From Candidatus Nanoarchaeia archaeon (lineage in GTDB: Archaea; Nanobdellota; Nanobdellia; Woesearchaeales; UBA525): a DNA stretch of 64,000 nucleotides. The DNA lies in the NCBI GenBank assembly GCA_028279755.1, contig JANQNB010000018.1:302191-366190 (forward strand), in the 5' to 3' direction. Shown piece by piece: positions 17,212-27,875 of the stretch. How positions within the stretch are numbered: position 1 is the stretch's first letter; each line of letters starts with the position of its first letter. Below the pieces are notes generated by a model. The model made no database searches. It was not told the origin of the DNA and was given only the letters and a program-made list of their open reading frames with translations. A program made the position numbers and the translations under genes.

Positions 17212-18201
17212 CTAAGCATTCTTCGGATACACGCCTGGCTGCATGAAGACCTGTCCGGTCCTGATGGCAATGCCCTTCTCGCCGAGCAATTGCTCGCTCG
17301 TCAGCCGCGCTTCGCCAGTGAGGATGGCCTCGTCCTTCAGGGTCATGACTGCGACGTGGTCGCCCACCTGGATGTTGTCATGCAGCTTCGCGATGCCTGG
17401 CACTTTCAATTGCACGCCCTGGCACAAGGACTCGACTGCTGAATCCAGCACCCAGATCTTCTTCAAGTGGGCAAGGCCTGCTTCTGCCGGCAGGATCGCT
17501 TTCCTGATGGCAGTTTCGTCGCCTTCCTGCCAGTAATGGAACGCATCTGCAAGATCCTGCAGCGTGACCAATTGATCTTCAGTGAACGGGCCTGCTTTTG
17601 TCCGCCGCAATTCATCCATGTGCGCGCCGACCTTCTCGCCGTCGATCTTTGTCAGGCCCATGTCGTGGCAGAGCTTCCGGATGTAGGTGCCGGCCTGGGT
17701 GCCTGCTGTGAACAGGACGTCCTGGCCGGCAAGATCGAGGAATTCGAGATAATAGATCGTGCGTTCCCGCTCTTGTCGCTTCACTGCGCTCTTGACTGGC
17801 GGCAGTTGCGTGATCTTGCCTTCGAAGTCAGACAGGAGCTTTCGCACCTGGTATTCTTCCAGCTCCTTATGCAAGTGCATGATCGTGATGTATTCTTTGC
17901 CAGCTGTCAGGAGACTGTGAACGACACGCGTGGCTCTGCCTAAGGCCACTGGCAGCACGCCAGTCACTTTCGGATCGAGTGTGCCGGAATGCCCTGCTTT
18001 TGTGATGCCAAGGATCTTCTGCACATAGGCAGAGACTTGATGACTGCTCGGCCCTGGCGGCTTGTCCAAGGGAACGATGCCGAAATCGAGCAGTTCCTTG
18101 ACAGAACGCTCTTCCGGGCGTTTGCCGTACTTGCTCGAGCTTGGCGCGTCGCGACGCACGACAACATTTCGTTCTTCCAGTTCAAACGGGAGTTTTCCCA
18201 T
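17212..18201 (-). CDS. cbf5: RNA-guided pseudouridine synthase Cbf5/TruB
   Basis: DKPPGPSSHQV, GHSGTLDPKVTGVL, GTYIRKLCHD, PUA domain. Confidence 0.97.
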   Translation of the reverse strand: MGKLPFELEERNVVVRRDAPSSSKYGKRPEERSVKELLDFGIVPLDKPPGPSSHQVSAYVQKILGITKAGHSGTLDPKVTGVLPVALGRATRVVHSLLTAGKEYITIMHLHKELEEYQVRKLLSDFEGKITQLPPVKSAVKRQERERTIYYLEFLDLAGQDVLFTAGTQAGTYIRKLCHDMGLTKIDGEKVGAHMDELRRTKAGPFTEDQLVTLQDLADAFHYWQEGDETAIRKAILPAEAGLAHLKKIWVLDSAVESLCQGVQLKVPGIAKLHDNIQVGDHVAVMTLKDEAILTGEARLTSEQLLGEKGIAIRTGQVFMQPGVYPKNA

Positions 18202-18298
18202 GGGAAGAGAGGTATTGAGAAGGTAATTAAAGATTGTGATTTACTGAAACATCGAAGAATCGAGCAATCATTTAATGGAGTGAATGTTTCCGCCTGAG

Positions 18299-18961
18299 AT
18301 GAAGCTCTCGATCATCCTGCCGGTGCTGAATGAAGAACATCACGGATTCCTCAAGCAGAGCTTGCCACTGCCGCACGAACTCATCATTGTGGATGGAGGA
18401 AGCACTGACAACACTGTAACTCTCTGCAGGCAGCACGCGACAAAATTCATTTCTCTGCCGAACTCGAACCGTGCGCAACGAATCAATGCAGGCATCAAAG
18501 CAGCAAGCGGGAAGATGCTCTTGCTTCATCATCCCCGGAGTTTCCTCGAACCCCGCGCTCTCGAACAGATTCCAGAGACTGGGTGGGGTGGCTTCACGCT
18601 CGCTTTTGACAACACAGGCGTGCCGTATCGTCTCCTTTCATGGTGGTCGAATAACATCCGTGCCAAACGCCGTCGTATCCTCTACCTTGACCATTGCATC
18701 TTCGCAGAAAAAGCACTGCTCCAAGACATTCCGGAGGTCGATGTCTTTGAAGATACGCTCCTGTCACGTCAGCTCAGAACAATCACACAACCGGTCTTGC
18801 TCCCCGGTATCTCGACAACAAGCAGCGTGCGCTTCAGGAAGCGATTCTTACGACAATGGCTGAAGAACCAAGTCATCAAGACAGGGTTTTTTCTGGGAAT
18901 CCCGCCAAACCGAATCAACCGTTTCTACGAACGCGGTTTCTGGCTGAACTCCAAACGCTAA
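18299..18961 (+). CDS. Glycosyltransferase family 2
   Basis: LSIILPVLNEE, IIVDGGSTDNT, RAQRINAG, FED. Confidence 0.85.
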   Translation: MKLSIILPVLNEEHHGFLKQSLPLPHELIIVDGGSTDNTVTLCRQHATKFISLPNSNRAQRINAGIKAASGKMLLLHHPRSFLEPRALEQIPETGWGGFTLAFDNTGVPYRLLSWWSNNIRAKRRRILYLDHCIFAEKALLQDIPEVDVFEDTLLSRQLRTITQPVLLPGISTTSSVRFRKRFLRQWLKNQVIKTGFFLGIPPNRINRFYERGFWLNSKR

Positions 18962-19344
18962 AGAATGACATGCCCATCGCGGAGCTGCGCTGCGAGGTTC
19001 TGCATGTTGGGCGACAAGGTGTGCTTGTCCAGCTCGTCCAGTGGAATGCGCTTGAAGTGATCGAAAACTTCGGGTTCGCCGACGACTGGCGTGCCGTCCA
19101 TCGTGGCAAGCAACCAGTTGTATTCCATCGTACGCCCGTCTTCATCGAATGCTTTTGTGCCCAGCGCTTTCACAATCTCGATTTCCACGCCGAGCTCTTC
19201 GAGCAACTCACGCTTCGCCGTATCTTCGACACTTTCTCCTGGCTTCATCTTCCCGCCAGGAAGCTCGTACCAGTCCCGCGAGATACGATGCAACAAGAGA
19301 ATACCATCGTCGTCAACAAGCACACACCCAGCAAGACGGATCAT
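18958..19344 (-). CDS. NUDIX hydrolase
   Basis: PGGKMKPGESVEDTAKRELLEELG Nudix box. Confidence 0.92.
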   Translation of the reverse strand: MIRLAGCVLVDDDGILLLHRISRDWYELPGGKMKPGESVEDTAKRELLEELGVEIEIVKALGTKAFDEDGRTMEYNWLLATMDGTPVVGEPEVFDHFKRIPLDELDKHTLSPNMQNLAAQLRDGHVIL

Positions 19345-19379
19345 GGTGGTGGTGGGAAAGATAGAGCTTAAAAAAATTC

Positions 19380-19880
19380 CTACAAAGTCTCAAGATAATC
19401 CAATGCTTCGTCAATTATGGAGATAGTTTTGATCCTGCCTTTCAGGAGATTATCCTTCACTGTCTCGACATCCTTGATGTCTTCGATGATTGCGTCTGAG
19501 AATGAATGGATGAAGGGGTGGATCCAGTCCTTGACAGTCGAACCGTTGAACACAACATTCTGGCGACGGTGATATGTGTCCTTCGGCAACACGGTGAGGA
19601 CTGGCTTGCTGAAGTACTTGGCAACCACCATCTCTTGCGACGTTCCAACACCAAGCCTGTTCTCGGCATATACTACGATGAGATCGCTGTCTTTGATATG
19701 TTTGCAATCGACCCCAAATACCTGCAAAAAATCACTTTCATCAAGCTTGCGATCATACGGATCGATGAACGAAGCATCGAATACCTTGCCCAAGACTTGC
19801 TGATATCGCTCGCGCCAATTATCGAACTTGGCGGCTTCTGCATCACCTTTCGGCACGCTTCCAGCCAGATAGATTTTCAT
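19380..19880 (-). CDS. Nucleoside 2-deoxyribosyltransferase-like protein
   Basis: MKIYLAG, D..HIKDSDLIVV, GTSQEM...KPV. Confidence 0.75.
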   Translation of the reverse strand: MKIYLAGSVPKGDAEAAKFDNWRERYQQVLGKVFDASFIDPYDRKLDESDFLQVFGVDCKHIKDSDLIVVYAENRLGVGTSQEMVVAKYFSKPVLTVLPKDTYHRRQNVVFNGSTVKDWIHPFIHSFSDAIIEDIKDVETVKDNLLKGRIKTISIIDEALDYLETL

Positions 19881-19916
19881 GCGAACGAGCGAGTCTGAAG
19901 ACGTTTAAAAAATTAC

Positions 19917-20747
19917 TCACACCTTCTCGATCCTGAAGCGCATCGCGCCGTTCTTCTTCATGGTGTCGCCTTCTTTGACGTCTTCACAGTCGAACATGCC
20001 GAACGCGCTGCCTTGATCAATGATGCTGATGTCGGTTTCCAACGTCCTGTCGCCGATGCGCAGCAAGGAAACGCGCACGCTCTTGCTCTCGTCGTCATTC
20101 TCATACAACAGATCAAGGTAATGCGTGCCTTTGGGCAGGTATAGCGAGGTCTTGTAGATGGTGTCTTCCTCTTCGCTGATAATGTACTGTTCGATCACCG
20201 TGCCATCGACCAGCAAGGTCAGTTCCGGCCATTCTTCGTCCTTCACACCGGCGGCGATCACCACGATCTCGACTTCTTCTTTTGGTGTCTGTACCACTTT
20301 GGTCGTTGGGATACAGGTATCGGTCACAAAGCCCTGCGTGCTGTAAGTGAGCCAGACATTCTCATCAGGCAAACGCTTGACATCAGACGCCCGCCCGAAG
20401 GTCCTCGGTTCTGAAGCATTCGTCTCGTTACCCGCTGCCTGCATCCCATACTCGATCTGCTGGATGCGACCGAGCGCGCGCGCATCAGCCAAAGCAATCT
20501 CATAGGCCTGCTTGTAATGCTCCAGCTCAGACTCGACAAAGGCGAGCTCTGTCTGCGTCGCCTGGTGCTCTTTCTGCAGATCCTTCACAGTGCCGAAATG
20601 GCCGATGATGATCGCGAGAATGACTATCACCAGCAATACTATCACAATATAGAATCCCTTGTTCGTATGATGCCCGAGCAGCTTGCCCTGCTTGCGCAGC
20701 TTGCGCTTATAGTATTGCCGCATTCGTGCCAGGTCGCGCGTGCTCAT
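19917..20747 (-). CDS. Membrane-anchored protein with a coiled coil and a putative carbohydrate-binding beta domain
   Basis: Basic N-terminus, one TM, coiled coil, WPELTLLVDG...GTHYLDLLYEND. Confidence 0.65.
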   Translation of the reverse strand: MSTRDLARMRQYYKRKLRKQGKLLGHHTNKGFYIVIVLLVIVILAIIIGHFGTVKDLQKEHQATQTELAFVESELEHYKQAYEIALADARALGRIQQIEYGMQAAGNETNASEPRTFGRASDVKRLPDENVWLTYSTQGFVTDTCIPTTKVVQTPKEEVEIVVIAAGVKDEEWPELTLLVDGTVIEQYIISEEEDTIYKTSLYLPKGTHYLDLLYENDDESKSVRVSLLRIGDRTLETDISIIDQGSAFGMFDCEDVKEGDTMKKNGAMRFRIEKV

Positions 20748-20954
20748 GGACAAGGGAAATGCACTACTCTCTCTTAAAGCTTTCACAAAGTGCCCATTTT
20801 CGTCTCAACTTGGTGACGAATTCAAAATGTACTTGCCGTCGAGTAGTTTATATACGAAATATTTAAATAAAATCTGGGCTTCCGCTACTATTCCCGAGTA
20901 CTAGGGGGTGCTCTGGGAATGAGGATCAACAATCCGAAAATGGGGGGATTGGTT

Positions 20955-23900
20955 ATGAAAAAGAGAGTTCTTGCTGTACTATTGATAGTGCTGTCACTTG
21001 TGATGGCGACCAACGCACTGGCATCAAGCATCGACTTCCCGAGCGCAGTCTTTGTGGACCAGGATTTCAAGCTCCAACAGAATTCCGGCAGTGTCGACTG
21101 TGACATGCCGAGCGGGGGCGGCAACTATTGCCTTGTCGCGTGGACAAGCCCGGACGGGAGCGACGACGGGTCGTTCAACGAGAACCCGGCGAATCCTGAT
21201 CCCGCGGCTGCTGACCGCTGGCAGAAATACACAGTGGTCGGCACCTACACTGTCACGATCACCGAATGCGTCGCCGGCAATTGCTCTGTGAACGCTTCCG
21301 ATACCGACACGGTCGAAGTGCTCGACCCGGCGACGATCGACGGCGAGATCAGCGCTGGCTATTATTTCGAAACACAGACTGACTGGCTCCAAGTACGAGG
21401 TTACGCGCAAGCGAACGCGCAGAGCGCCCGTGCAGTCTGGCAAGGCGACGACGGCACGCGCATCACGCAATGCGCAGCCGTGAACCAAGGCAATAATCCT
21501 GAATTCACGCACACCTGGGGAAGCGTCAGCAGCACATGGACGCACCAGAGCTACATGCTCTTCATCAATTACTTCCAAGGCCCAGGATGCGTTGGCCTGG
21601 ACTCGTATCCTCATTACTGGGTCGGCGACTTTGACCTGCTCCAGATCAGAGCGATTCTCAACGACCTCGACGCACTCAGCGCCGCGCTGAACAGCACGAA
21701 CGCCACCCTCCAGGCGCAAATCGATGATCTGTACAGCCAAGTCGGCAACATGAGTGCGAACCTGACTGCTATCGAAGCACAGGTTGATGACTTGTGGGAC
21801 CTTGTCAACCTGATGAACCACGGCACGATCAACCTTGAGTTCATCAACAACGAAGTCACTGTCTACGGCGAAGCGCCGGTCGGCGCCGCCATAGCTGACG
21901 TTGAATTCTACGACAGCGACGGCACGCTCGTGCACAGCTTCACTGTCGGCGTGGACGTGGACAGCACCTACACGCTTACCGAGGATACGAGCGCGTGGGA
22001 CGAGATCCGGTACACGGTCAGGGTCACGTTCTACGACAGCAGCAGCGTGGTGATCAGCCAGGCAATGAAGCTGCACGGTCTCATCCTCGCTGCTGACCAA
22101 CTCGTGGACACGCAGAACGGCGATGGCGGCTGGCCATGGACCATCCCGCCAGGAGGCTCAAGCCCTGCCAACATCATCGGCGAAGTGGCTGTTGGCCTTG
22201 TTGGCGCCTATGAGAAGACCGGCGACGCTGCATACCTCGCAGCGATCGACGACGCCTACCTCTTCATCAATAACACGAACAATTCGCGCTCGTGTTCAGT
22301 CTACAGTTTCCTCGTCAAAGCAAGCGAGGCGACTGGCGACGCCAAGTACGCAACGCTCGCACAGAACCGCTGGGATGCGCGCAAGGCAGGCTACGGCGAC
22401 GCTGACGCATGGGCAGCCGCGATCGTGACAGGCCGGACCAACCAAGGCTATGCTGCAACTGGATTGCTCGGCTACGACCTGGACCTGTGCACCTATGACG
22501 CACTCGTACTGGACAGCTACTTCCCAGGAAGCGGCTACGACAGCGACGCTGATTCCTTCGCAGAAGCAGCGTACCAATGGGCGTATGTGAACGAATCATT
22601 CAACGTGAGCGACGACACGGCAACGTGGTACATCCTGGGCATCAACGGCCTGTACGACATGTTCCAACGAACAGGACTGCACGCCAGCGAGGCAGCAAGC
22701 CTCCGTGCGCTGCTGCTCAGCTACCAGCAAGCCAACGGCGGCTTCCCGGAAAGCAGCGTGTACAGCGACGATTACCAAGGAACAGCCTATGTCATCAGGA
22801 CCTTAATGGAAGATGGCGCGAGCGATGCAGTGGACGCGGCACGCGACGCTGCAGACTGGCTGCTCAGCGAACAGAACAGCGACGGCGTCTGGGACTACTC
22901 CGGCACAGAATATCCGAGCATCAACGGCATGATCCTGTACGGAGTCAGCCTGGCGACTGAAGCAGAGACAGTCTCGACCGTGTTCGAAGCGCTGTTCACG
23001 AACTACATCAACCGCACCTTGCATGAGGAGATCGCAGAAGTGTGGGACGCTCTCGGAGCGCACAACCACGCGACGATCTTGATCGATGAATACCTGACCG
23101 AACTCTGGGTCTACGGAGAAGCGCCGATCGGAGCACTCTCCGCAAGAATCGGCTTCTGGGACATCAACGACGACAGCCTCGATTATAATGTCAGCGTCAA
23201 TGTCTCGAGTTGGGGAATCAATGACAACGAGTACGAAACACTCGTGCAGAAAGCAGACCTGGACTCTGTGCGATACGCGGTTGCCGCGCAATTCTACAAC
23301 GCCAGTCTGAACGCGAGCGGTCTTCCGCCATCAGGCAGTTACATGCAAGGATACTATGTCAGCCTTTCCTGGGACGGCATGTACCTCGCATGGCTGGAAG
23401 ACTGGCTGGACACGCACGAAGCCTGGCTGATCAACAACACACAATGGCTCAACGACCTGAACACGACCGTAGGCAACCACAGCGCACGGCTCGACCAGAT
23501 CGAAGCAGAGATCCTCGCGATCCAGGCAGAGCTGGTGCTGATCCAGGCGAACATCACAGACCTGCACGCCACAGACCTCTGGTTGCAGACGCAGATCGAC
23601 GACCTGGTCAGCAGAGTCGACGTCTTGGAAGCTGAAGTCATCGCCTTGTGGGAAGCGATCGAGCTGCTCAACCACGGCGATCTCGACCTTGTCTGGGACG
23701 AAGGCGACGACCGCCTGCGCGCCAAGATCAAGTTCCCGCTGGGAGCGACCAAAGCGCGACTGATGGCGTATGACGCGGACGACGAACTGTACGACACCTA
23801 CGGCATTGTCTTCCCTGAGGCAGACAATTACAAGAATGTCGACTGGTACGGCCTCCTCTCATGGGATCCGCAAGTCTACACCATAAAGGTGAAGTTCATG

Positions 23901-26900
23901 GACGATGCCAACGACCAGGTCGGCAGATGGGTCAGCCACCCGTTCTATGGCGTGTATCTCTTCCACGTCGACCTGGCGCTTTACGGCGATCCGGAAGCGT
24001 GCGCTGACATCGACCTGCCGCCAGAGATCTACAACGAGTTGCAGGACGTGCTGGACGAACCTGATCAAGACATCCTCTGGTGGGCTGTGGAGATGATCGC
24101 CGGCAACAATCCGGGAATGACCTACGGCGAGATGTGCGACTATGCAGAGCACTTCCTCGACGAGTTCTTCCACGACGAGTACGATGGCACAGTCGATGAG
24201 TTCATTGACGAACTCCCGCTCGAGTACGCGGAAGACATCCATACGATACTCCGTTGCCTGGGCTACGACGACGAGCTCCATTTGAACACGCTGTGGAACA
24301 TGTGTCAGCAAGGCGACATCGACGCCCTGGAGCGGTTCACGCACGGCTTCAACTTCGTCGAGTCGAAGACCTTCGAGACCTTCATCCAGCAGAACGATTT
24401 CGTCCGCGGCATCACCTTCGGACTCAATCCGAAGTACGACGCCGACTACGAGGTCTACCTGACCATGGGTTGGAGCAACAACCCTGGCGGCTATGACATC
24501 AGCCAGCAGCTCACCAGTTGTGAGTGGATGCAGCGCGACCAGTGGAACAGCCGCATCAGGCCGGTGCATTATCCGCCGACCTGGCCAGGCGACACTGAAG
24601 GCGAGGGCCGCTATCGGGTCTGGCTGGAAGCCTTCCCATGCACAGGCGACCCGACAGTGCCATACTACATGTCGAACCGCTTCAACATCCGGCTGGACGA
24701 CCTGGCAAACCCCTGGCCGGTCTTCGGCCTGAGCACGGTCGCGGTGACGCCTGACGTGGACAACTTTGCAGAAGACGTCTACTGGACCAACGACCCGAAC
24801 GTCGAGATGAGCGCCATGCTCGGCGAGGACGTCGACTGGATGGAAGACCTGCGTTGCGAGATCTGGAACTATGTCGATGACGGCCAGTCTCAGTTCTACG
24901 AGCGCTGGGACTTCACTGGCGTCGACCAGACAGGCTGCGAAGGCGACATCGACCTCTCAGCGATTCCGGCAACGCACCACAGTGTGCCGATGTACGACAT
25001 CGAAGTGTGCGCCCACCCAATAGTTGGCCAGGTCGAGTGTGACTTGGTAACGTTCGGCTGGGACACCACGCCGCCGAGCATCAACTTCATCTTCCCGGCG
25101 GCAGTGGACATCCTCAGTGGCGTGGTGACGTTTGCCGTGGACGCGACTGATGACGGTGTGATGCGCTATGTCAACATCACCCTGGTGAACAAGACGAACG
25201 CGAACATGACCTGGCCGCTCGGGCTTGCCAATTACAGCAATGTCTCGGGCTACTGGGAGATCGTCGTGAACACCTCGCAGGTGCCGGACGGCTGGTACAA
25301 CATCAGCGTCGTCGCGGTTGACTATGCGGACAACGTCGCGTATGGCGTGCTCGACCCTGGTATCGACAACGAACCGCCAGTCGTCGAGAGTGTCATGATG
25401 AGCGGCTACTTCGGCGAGACCTTCCTCATCGAAGCCCTGATCAGCGACACGCCGACAACACCGCACCCTGATACTGGCGAACCGCTGGGCAGCGTGGTCG
25501 CAGCAGAAGCTGAAGTGTGGGGCTACCTGTGCGACAACGTGGTCGGCGAGGAATGCCACCTCGACTGGTGCGAGAGCTATGAAGATGATCCGTACTGGGA
25601 GTGCGGTGTCTTCGAGCACTGGGACCAGGACTGCCTGGACAGCGTCGCGCTCGATTGCGAGCAGAACTGGGAAACCTACCTGTACGACAGTTACGACGCG
25701 TGCTACGACGACCTGCGCTGGGCCTGCCAGTCAGACTACGGCAGCTGCGAGACCTTCTGCGACGGCTGGGGCGAATCGCTGGGCTTCACGACCTGGGAGG
25801 AATGCATCAACTGGTGCTACGACGAGCACTGCGAGTACATCGAGACTGGCTATTGGGACGAGTGCGAGACCTTCCTGACAGCAGACAGCGAGTGTGTCGA
25901 CCAGTGGGAGAGCTACTGCGACTCCAACTGGGAAGCTGACCAGTTCGCAAGCTACGGGGACTGTGTCGACTTCTACGAAGAGACGGAGTGCGCCTACGAA
26001 GACAGTGTCGAACTCTGCCTTGAGGAATACGACACGTTCTGCCTCGAGAACTGGTGGCATGAAGGCTATGACAGCTATGAACAATGCATCGACGACGCGT
26101 GCTACGAGGAATACTGCTCGTGGTTCTGGAACGACGACTGCTCCTACACAATGGAGTGCGACGTCTCCAGCGACCAGTATGACGACGAATGCCTGGATGA
26201 AGCAGCTGACTACTGCGGCGATGACCAATGGCTGATCGAAGAGTTCGAGAGCTACCTCGACTGCTATTACTTCTACGCAGACGACGAGTGCTTCAGCGAA
26301 GGCGAGGATGTGATCGACTGCATCGCCCGAGAGATCGCTGACTGCGAAGACGGCGGCTGGGAAGGCGAGTACGACAGCTACGAACACTGCATCGAAGAGG
26401 AGACCCTCGACTGCTACGCAGACTACTGCAGCTATAACGACGACGATGGCACCAACCCTGAACTTGTCTGCGACGGCAACTGCCTCGCTGACGCGTGCCC
26501 GGAGGAGGATCGCCTCTACGACCCGGTCGAGACAGAGATCGTCGCGCTCGAGCTCACGAGCGGCGACTCATTGCTCGGCACGTGGAGCGGCGAGCTTGAC
26601 AGCCCGGCAAAGGGTGTGCACTACCACATCGACGTCTACGCAGTGGACGCTGCCAACAACGAGAACACCATGGAGAACGTGGAGGAGAGCGCTGGCGAGT
26701 TCTTCAGCGACGCAGGCTACACCATCGAGGTGAACGCGCCTGCAAGCGTGAACCGCGGGGCGAACTTCAACATGGACGGCAGCGTCACCAGCACTGACGG
26801 CAGCACGCCTGCAGGCAACCTGAACCTGGCACCGTGGAACGTTGACCTGCCATTGTTCGGCAACCTCTTCGCATACACGCAGAGCCTGGGCGACAGCGGC

Positions 26901-27320
26901 GAGCAAGTGCTCACCGCGACCTTCACGCCTGACGCAGCATGCGAGGACCGCGTCTTCACCGGCAGCACGACTGTCGATGTTGCAGGACCGAACAGCGGCG
27001 GCGGAAGCGGCGGCGGTGGTAGCGGCGATGGTGTCGGTGGCAATACGGAAGAAGAACCGGAAGAGCAGCCGGAATCTGAGCCTGACGACAGCCAAGGCGG
27101 CAATACCGAAGAGACACAGGTCGGTACTGGCAGCGGCGGCAACACGCAGGAAGAAGATACTGGTGCGGGCACAGAAGCGCCTGAAGAACCGAGCGAGGAG
27201 AACCTCATCACTGGCGCGGCTACTGGCGGCGGATTCTTCAGCGGCCTCACCTGGCTCTGGATCGCCCTTGGCCTCCTGGCACTGCTCTTGCTGCTCTGGC
27301 TCGTGCTGCGCAAGCGCTAG
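20955..27320 (+). CDS. Giant mosaic cell-surface glycoprotein
   Basis: Signal peptide MKKRVLAVLL; coiled coils; QW-type repeats (QNGDGGW, QQANGGF, QNSDGVW); acidic Cys-rich repeats; Ig-like segments; C-terminal TM plus RKR. Confidence 0.9.
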   Translation: MKKRVLAVLLIVLSLVMATNALASSIDFPSAVFVDQDFKLQQNSGSVDCDMPSGGGNYCLVAWTSPDGSDDGSFNENPANPDPAAADRWQKYTVVGTYTVTITECVAGNCSVNASDTDTVEVLDPATIDGEISAGYYFETQTDWLQVRGYAQANAQSARAVWQGDDGTRITQCAAVNQGNNPEFTHTWGSVSSTWTHQSYMLFINYFQGPGCVGLDSYPHYWVGDFDLLQIRAILNDLDALSAALNSTNATLQAQIDDLYSQVGNMSANLTAIEAQVDDLWDLVNLMNHGTINLEFINNEVTVYGEAPVGAAIADVEFYDSDGTLVHSFTVGVDVDSTYTLTEDTSAWDEIRYTVRVTFYDSSSVVISQAMKLHGLILAADQLVDTQNGDGGWPWTIPPGGSSPANIIGEVAVGLVGAYEKTGDAAYLAAIDDAYLFINNTNNSRSCSVYSFLVKASEATGDAKYATLAQNRWDARKAGYGDADAWAAAIVTGRTNQGYAATGLLGYDLDLCTYDALVLDSYFPGSGYDSDADSFAEAAYQWAYVNESFNVSDDTATWYILGINGLYDMFQRTGLHASEAASLRALLLSYQQANGGFPESSVYSDDYQGTAYVIRTLMEDGASDAVDAARDAADWLLSEQNSDGVWDYSGTEYPSINGMILYGVSLATEAETVSTVFEALFTNYINRTLHEEIAEVWDALGAHNHATILIDEYLTELWVYGEAPIGALSARIGFWDINDDSLDYNVSVNVSSWGINDNEYETLVQKADLDSVRYAVAAQFYNASLNASGLPPSGSYMQGYYVSLSWDGMYLAWLEDWLDTHEAWLINNTQWLNDLNTTVGNHSARLDQIEAEILAIQAELVLIQANITDLHATDLWLQTQIDDLVSRVDVLEAEVIALWEAIELLNHGDLDLVWDEGDDRLRAKIKFPLGATKARLMAYDADDELYDTYGIVFPEADNYKNVDWYGLLSWDPQVYTIKVKFMDDANDQVGRWVSHPFYGVYLFHVDLALYGDPEACADIDLPPEIYNELQDVLDEPDQDILWWAVEMIAGNNPGMTYGEMCDYAEHFLDEFFHDEYDGTVDEFIDELPLEYAEDIHTILRCLGYDDELHLNTLWNMCQQGDIDALERFTHGFNFVESKTFETFIQQNDFVRGITFGLNPKYDADYEVYLTMGWSNNPGGYDISQQLTSCEWMQRDQWNSRIRPVHYPPTWPGDTEGEGRYRVWLEAFPCTGDPTVPYYMSNRFNIRLDDLANPWPVFGLSTVAVTPDVDNFAEDVYWTNDPNVEMSAMLGEDVDWMEDLRCEIWNYVDDGQSQFYERWDFTGVDQTGCEGDIDLSAIPATHHSVPMYDIEVCAHPIVGQVECDLVTFGWDTTPPSINFIFPAAVDILSGVVTFAVDATDDGVMRYVNITLVNKTNANMTWPLGLANYSNVSGYWEIVVNTSQVPDGWYNISVVAVDYADNVAYGVLDPGIDNEPPVVESVMMSGYFGETFLIEALISDTPTTPHPDTGEPLGSVVAAEAEVWGYLCDNVVGEECHLDWCESYEDDPYWECGVFEHWDQDCLDSVALDCEQNWETYLYDSYDACYDDLRWACQSDYGSCETFCDGWGESLGFTTWEECINWCYDEHCEYIETGYWDECETFLTADSECVDQWESYCDSNWEADQFASYGDCVDFYEETECAYEDSVELCLEEYDTFCLENWWHEGYDSYEQCIDDACYEEYCSWFWNDDCSYTMECDVSSDQYDDECLDEAADYCGDDQWLIEEFESYLDCYYFYADDECFSEGEDVIDCIAREIADCEDGGWEGEYDSYEHCIEEETLDCYADYCSYNDDDGTNPELVCDGNCLADACPEEDRLYDPVETEIVALELTSGDSLLGTWSGELDSPAKGVHYHIDVYAVDAANNENTMENVEESAGEFFSDAGYTIEVNAPASVNRGANFNMDGSVTSTDGSTPAGNLNLAPWNVDLPLFGNLFAYTQSLGDSGEQVLTATFTPDAACEDRVFTGSTTVDVAGPNSGGGSGGGGSGDGVGGNTEEEPEEQPESEPDDSQGGNTEETQVGTGSGGNTQEEDTGAGTEAPEEPSEENLITGAATGGGFFSGLTWLWIALGLLALLLLLWLVLRKR

Positions 27321-27372
27321 AAACAACTTTTACCTTTTTTTCTTTATTCTACATCCAGAACAAGTGAGAGCG

Positions 27373-27774
27373 CTATAATCCTAGCTTCTCATCGATGTCG
27401 CCAGCGACGTCTCGCAAGCTCTTCAATGTCGCTTGCATGTCCTGCTCGAGCTTCTCCATCAATGATTCGAGTGTGTCGACCCGGAGCACGTACTTGGTCT
27501 TGTATTTCTCCACAAGCCCGGCGCTCATGAGCGTGTTCAGGTGATGCACGACCGTGCCACGCGTCAATCCTGTCATGCCTGCCAATTCGTCGCTCGACAC
27601 GTCCCGTTTCTGCTTCGCGTTCTTGAGCAGCGTGACAAAGATGCGGAAACAGCTCCGGTCCTTATCGCGCGGATTGAACAGGCCGATCGAACCGCCCAGC
27701 CATTGCAGCTGCTCGTTCACAGTGGCGCGTCGCGGCACCGGCGCTTGCACAAAGGTGATCCGTCGGAATCGCAT
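27373..27774 (-). CDS. wHTH transcriptional regulator (ArsR/TrmB-like)
   Basis: SSDELAGMTGLTRGTVVHHLNTLMSAGLV. Confidence 0.85.
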   Translation of the reverse strand: MRFRRITFVQAPVPRRATVNEQLQWLGGSIGLFNPRDKDRSCFRIFVTLLKNAKQKRDVSSDELAGMTGLTRGTVVHHLNTLMSAGLVEKYKTKYVLRVDTLESLMEKLEQDMQATLKSLRDVAGDIDEKLGL

Positions 27775-27875
27775 AGGAGGAGACAAGCAAGGAGGCTATA
27801 TAAAGCTTATTGACCTGATCCCCATCGGCAGATAGTGTCATAATATTTAAATAGTCCTCATCGCGAAAAAGCACT

